Origin: Candidatus Scalindua sp.
Lineage (GTDB): Bacteria > Planctomycetota > Brocadiia > Brocadiales > Scalinduaceae
DNA length: 32,000 bases
Assembly: GCA_031316235.1 (NCBI GenBank)
Contig: JALDRA010000001.1
Coordinates: 3,840,001 to 3,872,000, forward strand
Direction: 5' to 3'
Below the pieces are notes generated by a model. The model saw only the letters and a program-made list of their open reading frames with translations. It had not been told where the DNA came from and did no database searches. The position numbers and the translations under genes are program-made. Below are positions 8,760 to 15,961 of this stretch, piece after piece; position 1 is the stretch's first letter; each line of letters begins with the position of its first letter.

Positions 8760-9125
8760 TTATGCTGCATCTGCAACCTGCACACATTGCTCGATTGCTT
8801 CGCCTGAGGTGCCATCTTCCAAGTGACGAAACAGCGTGCCTGATGCACCTTCTCCACTACCTTTTATCCACCATTCTAGACGCGCACCTACATAGCGTGC
8901 TCCGCTCCCCGAGACAGCAATTTCCATTTTGAACTGGCGGTTGTCGTATTCCACGACGGCTGTACTGTCTGTGGGATATAAAACCATAATGAGCTTTCCG
9001 CTTTCACACTGGTACTTGAAGGACAAACCTGCATCGCTGGACTGCTTCGTGGACGCGGTGTAATCGGTCGATGGTTGCCCGCAAGCGGTCAGGAAGACAA
9101 TAAGAGCGATAGATAAAAAACGCAT
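8760..9125 (-). CDS. MliC-family (C-type lysozyme inhibitor) lipoprotein
   Basis: I place the start at ATG 9125 (MRFLSIALIVFLTACGQ, lipobox LTAC). The pattern YQCESG...SGSGARY...EWWIKG...C matches the MliC fold signature. Local G+C is much higher than in the flanks. Confidence 0.7.
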   Translation of the reverse strand: MRFLSIALIVFLTACGQPSTDYTASTKQSSDAGLSFKYQCESGKLIMVLYPTDSTAVVEYDNRQFKMEIAVSGSGARYVGARLEWWIKGSGEGASGTLFRHLEDGTSGEAIEQCVQVADAA

Positions 9126-9245
9126 GGTATTTCTAACCTTCTTCAACTCTGCATTCGCACCGCCGCAGGCGGGGAGAATGCCCGCCATCACAGGCGACAA
9201 ACTCGGAGCGTAGCGGAGAGTTTGATGTCCTTGTGTATGGCATTG

Positions 9246-10187
9246 TTAGCCCTGTTCTGGCTTTCTGTTAGTGGCTTCTTCAAGCCGTTTCATAAGAATT
9301 GATTTGAGTTCAGTAATATTTTTGTACTCAGGGCAATTGTAAGCGGCTAAATCAAAATGAATTGATGTTCCTGCTTTACGATAGAGAATGACTCTCCTGC
9401 CGAGAGAGTGGGCGTAGCCGATTTCGTAATAGACACTAGGCCGCTCATTCGTTAAATCGCCAATCAAAAACTCACTAGTTCGTATTTCCTCAATTATTCT
9501 TTTGGTTATAACGTCTTCGTGCTCGATCTCATCCGCCCGAACAGCCGTGACGCCAAACCTGGAAAAGCATTCCTTGTACGCACCACAAATATCTTCATTA
9601 TCAGGATCTGAATTATCGATTGGCATCATAATGAAGGCAGTATTGGGGCGATATGACTGCGATAAATTAGGATTCTTCGAAGGCAACCCCGTTGGGATAT
9701 TCGCGGGAGTGATCTTAAGTAACTGGGTAATTCCTTCGAATTGTTCGAGACATTCTTCAAATGCTTTGTGAGCATCAGCAGGGGAGCTACATTCATCCTC
9801 CGACTGCCTGGGTGGATTTACCCCCAAGACAATATGCTCATCATAGAGCACCTCAATATCCCAAGACCTGTACTCGCGCAGTTTGAGGGCAGCCCTCATT
9901 CTTTTCACGCAACGCCCCACATCCTTTTCGTCGGATTCATTGAGAACTGGGGACGCTTTGAGTGTCGGTATGATTAGGGCAACAACGTTCAGTAAGGTTT
10001 CTTGGGCTTTTTGAGACAGTTGGCGACTTTCCTGCGTTAATTTATCCCAGTATGCGTTGCGACCCTCCTGACGATTCGTCCGACACGGACTTGAATCCTC
10101 ATCGCATTCTGTACACGCACCGTCAAAGAACACGCGTGCTTCTTCTGTAAGCAGGGATATTCCCTTAGAAAGTTCTTTTATATCCAT
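9246..10187 (-). CDS. Two-domain protein: unknown helical N-terminal region plus nucleoside 2-deoxyribosyltransferase-like / TIR-related Rossmannoid C-terminal domain
   Basis: The 313-aa ORF begins 34 nt after the upstream gene. Residues ~183-305 read AFIMMPI..(N)..VRADEI..I..II.EI..SEFLIGDLTNERPSVYYEIGYAHSLGRRVILY. This follows the D..(S/T)..E.G.A...G(K/R) core of NDT-like domains, with the conserved Glu at E255 (codon 9423-9425). Confidence 0.55.
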   Translation of the reverse strand: MDIKELSKGISLLTEEARVFFDGACTECDEDSSPCRTNRQEGRNAYWDKLTQESRQLSQKAQETLLNVVALIIPTLKASPVLNESDEKDVGRCVKRMRAALKLREYRSWDIEVLYDEHIVLGVNPPRQSEDECSSPADAHKAFEECLEQFEGITQLLKITPANIPTGLPSKNPNLSQSYRPNTAFIMMPIDNSDPDNEDICGAYKECFSRFGVTAVRADEIEHEDVITKRIIEEIRTSEFLIGDLTNERPSVYYEIGYAHSLGRRVILYRKAGTSIHFDLAAYNCPEYKNITELKSILMKRLEEATNRKPEQG

Positions 10188-10221
10188 AGAGCAAAAACTG
10201 CTTATTATGCGTCAGCTTAAT

Positions 10222-11112
10222 TTAATTGTTAGATATATATTCAACATCCAAAATAGGATCTGCAAACCAATTTTGTGTAGTTTCTAATGGCAAATCATTT
10301 TTATTTAGACCTATTAATTTTTTTACGGCTCGCATAACTGCGATTCTTACAATTTCCCGATTTCCTAGAATTTCTCTAACATTTTTTGATGATATTGAAA
10401 AAAAACCATGGAATATTGAATTTCTAATTTCCCAAATAGCTTTGAAATCATCTTCTGAATATCCGGCTATATCAGTCAAAACATACTTAACCTTCTGTGC
10501 TGCGCCTGCCTTAAACTCTTTCTCATGACCACATTTCTCGCATTTTTGAATTCTTTTAATGTCTGATTCATACAAAGTAGAAATCATATCTAATGCTGAA
10601 GTTAGAAAAATAAAACTATTTACCAAATCTTTCTCTTTTATTCCATATGTAAAAAATGCAAGAACCCGTGATAGTTTAGAGTTTATAGATGTCTGGAACA
10701 AATAAGTTTGAGTCAATGGAACTGGTGGTACCAAGGTTGCAGTTTGCGATTCATGCATGATACTTCTAAAACGGCCACCTTCTGAATATTCATGTTTTAG
10801 CTCTATAGGTTTGGTTTTTTTTATTTCATTTCCCGTGAGAAAAGTTAAGAGGTTCACATAATAGTCAAAAATATCTCGCGCTAAGTCTGCAACTATAAAA
10901 GCTTCAGGTTTTTCTTCGTCTTTCAATTCAACTGAGAAATCAATTTTGAGATTAAAAACCCCAGTTTGTCTATTTTTTTCATCAAACTCAGGAAATACTT
11001 GGAATTTACGAACTAATGGATGAGGTGGTTCACTAGACTTCAAGTCCTCTGCTTTAGTCAAAAAGAAATTGCCTGAGATATACGCATTAATATTCCATAT
11101 TTGTTCGCTCAT
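10222..11112 (-). CDS. Uncharacterised protein with C-terminal HEPN-like (Rx4H) domain, ApeA/MAE_28990-like architecture
   Basis: 296-aa ORF with AGGGA 6 nt upstream of the ATG. WEIRNSIFHG gives R230-x4-H235 (10408-10425), preceded by a helical region (LAFFTYGIKEKDLVNSFIFLTSALDMIS). The gene is very AT-rich. Confidence 0.5.
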   Translation of the reverse strand: MSEQIWNINAYISGNFFLTKAEDLKSSEPPHPLVRKFQVFPEFDEKNRQTGVFNLKIDFSVELKDEEKPEAFIVADLARDIFDYYVNLLTFLTGNEIKKTKPIELKHEYSEGGRFRSIMHESQTATLVPPVPLTQTYLFQTSINSKLSRVLAFFTYGIKEKDLVNSFIFLTSALDMISTLYESDIKRIQKCEKCGHEKEFKAGAAQKVKYVLTDIAGYSEDDFKAIWEIRNSIFHGFFSISSKNVREILGNREIVRIAVMRAVKKLIGLNKNDLPLETTQNWFADPILDVEYISNN

Positions 11113-11160
11113 AGAATCCCTATTATTTTCTTGTATCTAATGCGGAGCTAAGCTAACCTG

Positions 11161-11235
11161 CTAGGCAAAAAAACTTTCACAAAGAAACTCACATTCATTC
11201 TTTTCCAAATGCCGAATCAAATCTTTTCGTTTCAT
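11161..11235 (-). pseudogene. hicA: hicA toxin remnant (24 codons)
   Basis: Its ATG overlaps the hicB stop (ATGA). The translation MKRKDLIRHLEKNECEFL matches the HicA N-terminus, then diverges (CESFFA-stop) where a full toxin would continue for another ~40 aa. Confidence 0.6.
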
Positions 11236-11456
11236 GCGGAAATCACACCAAACGTTTCTTTAATTAGTTCCTTACCTTTATTCTCGTCTTCTGTCAGTTT
11301 GCGATTTGCTTCAAGAACCAACTGAACAGCTTCCGAAAGATTTTCTTTTGCTTCTTCCAATGTTTCACCCTGTGTGTTTGCACCTGGGAGTTCTTCAATA
11401 TATCCAATGTAACCATGCGGTGATTTCTCAAAAATTGCTGTTAAATTAATCTTCAT
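11232..11456 (-). CDS. hicB: HicB-family antitoxin (UPF0150)
   Basis: I place the start at ATG 11456, with AGGAGG 8 nt upstream. MKINLTAIFEKSPHGYIGYIEELPGANTQGETLEEAKENLSEAVQLVLE is the classic HicB N-terminal domain. Confidence 0.8.
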   Translation of the reverse strand: MKINLTAIFEKSPHGYIGYIEELPGANTQGETLEEAKENLSEAVQLVLEANRKLTEDENKGKELIKETFGVISA

Positions 11457-11544
11457 ATTTCTCTTTCCTCCTGACATTTTACGATAAATATAAGATCTTT
11501 TCGACAATTAGTTAAAAAGTGAGGGTTTCCCTTAAGAAATGAAC

Positions 11545-12909
11545 TTAATCTTTGCTGACATACATCTCACCACGAAGATGCAGTAGCGTGAAGTTGAATT
11601 CGCCTGCCAGCGTAATGGCCGCGGTAGCTGCCGCAAATTCCCTTGATGTGCAGATGCCCATAAACTTGAGGACTTCTCTTGCTGTCGGACAGATGAGCCC
11701 CTCTCTTGATGATGTTGCTCCTGCTTCTAAATTTGGCAATTCCACACCATAGATAAGATTTTCACCTTTAATTTCGACGTACACATTTTCGGTACATGAG
11801 ACATTGTACGGCCGGGGATTCACCTTGGTTCCTCGATAGATGGCGGGTATGATTTCACCCCCCATTCCTGAATAGAGAAAATGGCCCTGCTCCTGGGTAA
11901 CTCCCTGCCGCTCAATCTCCATGTAGGAGAGAAGTGAATCAATGCCCGTTTTGCTCATTTTTTCATACTCCGATATCGGCAATTTCACTTGTGCAGAAAC
12001 ATAACGTCCCCGGCGATTGCGTGGTGAGGGCTTGAGGTCGCCGTCAAAACCCATGGCGATAAGACTCTGAAGATACGTAACACCCTTTTCTTCAAATTTC
12101 TTATCTAATCTGCCTCTTGCAAAGCCGACCGCTGCCGAAGTATCTCCATGTCCTCTCGCATGTTCAAATCGGGTATGAAAACAGATAAAGAGGTAGCACT
12201 GCCCGTGGTGTTGTCTTCTCACAAACTCAACCTCATAAATCTCTCCGGAAAACTCACCGAGAAACTTCTCTTCCATCTCTTTTCTCAGTGCAGGCAGATA
12301 CACTTTTGCTGCCTGCACCGCTTTTTCCCGATCTTCTTCACTGGTAAAAACATACCCTAAGTTACGGGAGGCCCCAGCCCACTTTGCCACCTTTATCTCT
12401 GCCCCCCCCAGTTTATTCACCCTGAAACACCCGACACTGATACCCAGAGTCCCGAAACCTGGACCATAGGCCAGGATGTTTGTGAAGGTCTTGTCAACAT
12501 CACCAAAAACCTTTATCTGACCAGCATAAGAGTAGTACTCTTCGCTTCCACCGATGTAATTGTTCGCAAGCGGTCTGTATCTCATTTCTGACGTGCCATA
12601 AGGTTCAAGTGAAGTGCCGCATCTGGTACAGAGAGTATCCTGATCTCTTGCCTCCAGATGCCAGACGGATCTGTCCTTTGGACAACGCCATTGCATCAGA
12701 TATGGCTGTTCCGGCAGCTCCAGGTAGTTGAATGTATATCCAGTCAACTCTTCGATAACTCTTCGCCTGATCATGGCTGCCATACGATACTGCTCAGGCC
12801 CCTTCATCCCGTATTCTTCCACCAGGACCGACTCAGCCTTCCACGGCTGCACTTCACCTGTCTTGATTTTCTCGGCAATTTCTTCTCGTATCTTCCCTTT
12901 GTCACTCAT
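11545..12909 (-). CDS. Divergent HMG-CoA reductase-fold protein (function uncertain)
   Basis: 454 aa. The C-terminal half runs parallel to class-I [26 protein letters not shown] vs [32 protein letters not shown]..T vs [28 protein letters not shown] vs PSIEIGTVGGGT, and [20 protein letters not shown] vs GTVMAGELSLMAALAAGHL. These alignments are made from memory, not computed. Confidence 0.5.
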   Translation of the reverse strand: [454 protein letters not shown]

Positions 12910-12973
12910 CCTTTATATCCGCTCCTCATGGTTTTAAATTACCTGATGAACCACTGCAGGAAATGTAATGAAA

Positions 12974-14080
12974 TTAATAGGTATAAAACCCCTTTCCTGT
13001 CTTCCTTCCCAGGTCGCCTTTCTCAACCATATCGCACAGCGTTTTGCACGGTTTGTACTTATGGTCTTCATATCCTGCATAGAGTTCATCTAATATCACC
13101 TTGCACACATCAAGGCCAATCAAATCTGATAAGGCTAGAGGCCCCATGGGGTGATTTAATCCCAGGGTAACCGCCCTGTCAATATCCTCTGCCGTTGAAG
13201 TCCCGTCGGAGAATTTATCCATTGCTTCATTTAAGAAAGGTAACAGGAGCCGATTAACGATAAAACCAGGTGCATCTCCCGTAACAACAGGTGTTTTTCC
13301 CATTTCAGTTGCGACCTCCCTGGCAAATTCAACTACTCTATCCGGGGTGTTTTTTGCTCTCACTATTTCAACGAGCTTCATTTTCGGTACCGGATTAAAG
13401 AAATGGAGACCCACTAACCTGCCGGGATCTTTCAGAATTTGAGATAACGCATTAATCGAGAGTGAGGATGTGTTGGTTGCAAAGATTGTATCTTGAGAAC
13501 ATTCATTTTCCAGCTCCTTGAGCACCTCTTGCTTCAGTTCCATATCTTCTGTTAATGCCTCAATCACAAGGTTTGCGTGTTCCAGATCGTAAAAGTTTGT
13601 TGTGACCTTGATCCTGCCGAGAATCTCCTTTTTCAACTCATCCTTTATGGTTTTAGAAAGCAGTTTATCAATAATTCCAAGTGACTTTCTGGCAATCTCT
13701 TCGTGCCGGTCAATCACGATTACCTGATATCCCGTTTGAGCGCAGACCTGGGCAATGCCCCTTCCCATTGTCCCTGCCCCTATGATTCCGACCGTTCTCT
13801 GCTTTGCGGCCTGTTTTAACTCTTTCGGCGCTTCTTCGATCAGGTCTCCCAGCTTATATTCAGTGAAAGATTTCCTGATTTGAAAGTTACCATAATCATC
13901 CTCCAGTAACAGGTTGCAGTAGGGAACCCTCGTATGGCCGGGTGACGGAATCTCTATCTTGGTAATTCCTCGTACCGTACTCTTGTTTGCATAGACTTCT
14001 GCAACATTCCCCTGGCAGAAGATACATACTTTTACATCATAATACCACTTCTTATGGCAATCTTCACACTCAAATACCAT
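12974..14080 (-). CDS. Fusion protein: DUF35-type zinc ribbon/OB-fold plus NAD-dependent 3-hydroxyacyl(butyryl)-CoA dehydrogenase
   Basis: The start at ATG 14080 has AGGAGG 9 nt upstream and lies 1 nt after the thiolase stop. The N-terminus CEDCHKKWYYDVKVCIFCQG plus an OB-like segment matches DUF35. VGIIGAGTMGRGIAQVCAQTGYQVIVIDR is the Rossmann motif. The C-terminus GRKTGKGFY is typical of Hbd/FadB. Confidence 0.85.
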   Translation of the reverse strand: MVFECEDCHKKWYYDVKVCIFCQGNVAEVYANKSTVRGITKIEIPSPGHTRVPYCNLLLEDDYGNFQIRKSFTEYKLGDLIEEAPKELKQAAKQRTVGIIGAGTMGRGIAQVCAQTGYQVIVIDRHEEIARKSLGIIDKLLSKTIKDELKKEILGRIKVTTNFYDLEHANLVIEALTEDMELKQEVLKELENECSQDTIFATNTSSLSINALSQILKDPGRLVGLHFFNPVPKMKLVEIVRAKNTPDRVVEFAREVATEMGKTPVVTGDAPGFIVNRLLLPFLNEAMDKFSDGTSTAEDIDRAVTLGLNHPMGPLALSDLIGLDVCKVILDELYAGYEDHKYKPCKTLCDMVEKGDLGRKTGKGFYTY

Positions 14081-14081
14081 G

Positions 14082-15218
14082 CTACCCCCTCCTTTCAAAG
14101 ATATGTATTACGGCCGTTCCTCCTACACCTCCAATATTGTGTGTGAGTCCGATCTTCGCATCCTCTACCTGTCGGCTGCCAGCCTCTCCACGTAACTGGG
14201 TTGTCACTTCAAATACCTGGGCAAGTCCGGTTGCCCCGATAGGATGTCCATCTGCCTTGAGCCCCCCATCGGTGTTTATGGGGATCTCTCCCTTTAAGGT
14301 GGTTTTTTCTTTCCTGACCCAATCTTTACTTTCACCCGGCTTGCATATGCCAAGGTCTTCCATTGCCACCAATTCGTTAATGGTAAAACAGTCATGGACC
14401 TCTACAATATCAAGATCCTTTGGAGTAATCTCAGCCTGTTCGTATGCCTGTTTGCTGGCAAGCCTGGCAGCCTCGAGAGATGTGTGTACTTTTCGATGAG
14501 ACAGGGAAATATGGTCGGTAAACAAACTTGATCCGATTATCTTCACATCACGATCACTCTTCTGATTTTTTGATATTACTACTGCTGCAGCACCATCAGA
14601 AATAGGAGAACAGTCGAAGAGATTCAAGGGTGAGGCTATTAATTGAGCGTTCTTTATCATTTCACGGGAAACGTCCTTATGGTTAAAATGTGCCAGGGGG
14701 TTTAATCGGGAATTGTTATGATTTTTAAATGCTACCAATTCAAGATCTTCATGGGTTGTGCCATATTTGTGCATATGCTGCTGTGCAACCAGGGCGTAAT
14801 GTGCCGGAAAGATCAAGCCTTGCATCTGATCAGCAGATCTGTCGCCAGCCATTCCAAGGTTTTGAGTACTCTCTTGAGTTGTTGCATTCGTCATCTTTTC
14901 AACACCGACAATCAGAATATTGTCGAACCTTGACAAAGCGATTATGGCCTGATACAGTGCGCTGCTGCCAGAGGCACAGGCTGTCTCAACCCGGATAATT
15001 GGAAGCCGTAACTCTGGGAGTAAGCTGGAAACAACTGAGTTAAGATGCAACTGTTTTTCATAAGGCCCGCCCAGAAAATTGCTCACATAAACAGCCTCGA
15101 TATCTTCAATAGAAATCGGGCTATCGTTAATGGCATTATACATTGCCTGATAGGCCAATTCCGGCATGGTTTCTGTAAGCACTCCAAACTTTGTCCTGCC
15201 AACTCCAAGAACATACAT
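14082..15218 (-). CDS. Thiolase-family protein (acetyl-CoA acetyltransferase / SCP-x-type thiolase)
   Basis: I place the start at ATG 15218 (MYVLGVGRTKFG). Active-site Cys in VETACASGSSALY. C-terminal VHDCFTINEL and HNIGGVGGTAVIHIFE. Confidence 0.9.
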   Translation of the reverse strand: MYVLGVGRTKFGVLTETMPELAYQAMYNAINDSPISIEDIEAVYVSNFLGGPYEKQLHLNSVVSSLLPELRLPIIRVETACASGSSALYQAIIALSRFDNILIVGVEKMTNATTQESTQNLGMAGDRSADQMQGLIFPAHYALVAQQHMHKYGTTHEDLELVAFKNHNNSRLNPLAHFNHKDVSREMIKNAQLIASPLNLFDCSPISDGAAAVVISKNQKSDRDVKIIGSSLFTDHISLSHRKVHTSLEAARLASKQAYEQAEITPKDLDIVEVHDCFTINELVAMEDLGICKPGESKDWVRKEKTTLKGEIPINTDGGLKADGHPIGATGLAQVFEVTTQLRGEAGSRQVEDAKIGLTHNIGGVGGTAVIHIFERRG

Positions 15219-15222
15219 ATTT

Positions 15223-15235
15223 CCCCCCCCCCCCC
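15223..15235 (-). repeat. G13 homopolymer (C13 on +) forming the Shine-Dalgarno region of the thiolase operon
   Basis: Read directly. The coding strand is GGAAG(G)12-AAAT-ATG, so the tract ends 4 nt before the ATG at 15218. Confidence 0.9.
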
Positions 15236-15422
15236 TTCCATTTCTGTTTGGTACGTATGGTAGTAATTCAAAACACATAGTATATAATAAATCCCCTAAA
15301 AGCATCTTCTTTTTTTAATTTTTTAAACTTGCAATTTCTTGAGTATGTGATACCGTATTTATTATGAACTCAGTGTGTACGTCGGCCGATTTTTTTCTCA
15401 AGGACAAGGAAAAACATACCAT

Positions 15423-15746
15423 ATGCATACAATGAAAATCAAGGTCACAAAAGCGGAATGGGATTTAAGACCAAAATCAAAAATTCTCAGGGTGGACGGT
15501 TTTGTCATGGTTGACTCATATGATGACGAAGTGACTGCAGATCAACATGAGGAGCCGGGAACCGACAAAAAAATCTTAAAAATTAACCTTATCGTAAAAC
15601 CCAGCGGCAGCCCCAAGCAGCGGCAGCCGTTACCCTTTCACTTTGCAAGAATGACCGATGGCAAAGAACCCTGGACTCATGTACAGGTTATTGATGAAAG
15701 CGGAACGAGTGTATCGTATCCCCTCACAAAAATATCCTTTGCATGA
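15423..15746 (+). CDS. Hypothetical small protein
   Basis: The ORF has no recognisable motifs. I prefer ATG 15423 (AAGGA ~12 nt upstream) to the listed GTG 15375. Confidence 0.4.
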   Translation: MHTMKIKVTKAEWDLRPKSKILRVDGFVMVDSYDDEVTADQHEEPGTDKKILKINLIVKPSGSPKQRQPLPFHFARMTDGKEPWTHVQVIDESGTSVSYPLTKISFA

Positions 15747-15961
15747 TCACACAAATCACCCCTCCCCTTACTTGAAAAACACACAGAGTGTCTTTTTTAA
15801 GTTTTCCGTCTATGACTCTTTTTATTCCTTACCTGTCCTTCTGAACTGTTCAGCGTTTTTGTAGTAAGTGGCTGCAGGGTACATCGTTTGACCAGCAGCC
15901 AGGTTTTAGTATAAATATGTACAAAATAGATTACATCCTTCACAGAAGGAGATAAAACCGA

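Noticed and set aside
9126-9200. N-terminal extension of the MliC-like ORF
   Set aside because: The lipoprotein signal peptide starts at the internal Met (9125). The upstream residues are GC-rich read-through with no function assignable.
8258-11507. Possible integron gene-cassette array (co-oriented small genes of mixed GC, including TA genes)
   Set aside because: I could not find attC-like sites with proper R''/L''-L'/R' symmetry between the genes; only isolated GTTAGC strings are present. There is no intI-type integrase or attI nearby. Two of the genes are only 34 nt apart.
15219-15305. N-terminal extension of the thiolase ORF through the G13 tract (..NRNGRGGGGN-M)
   Set aside because: The extension begins at a non-ATG codon and has no thiolase homology. 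Homology starts at MYVLGVGRTKFG, and the G tract is better explained as the SD region.
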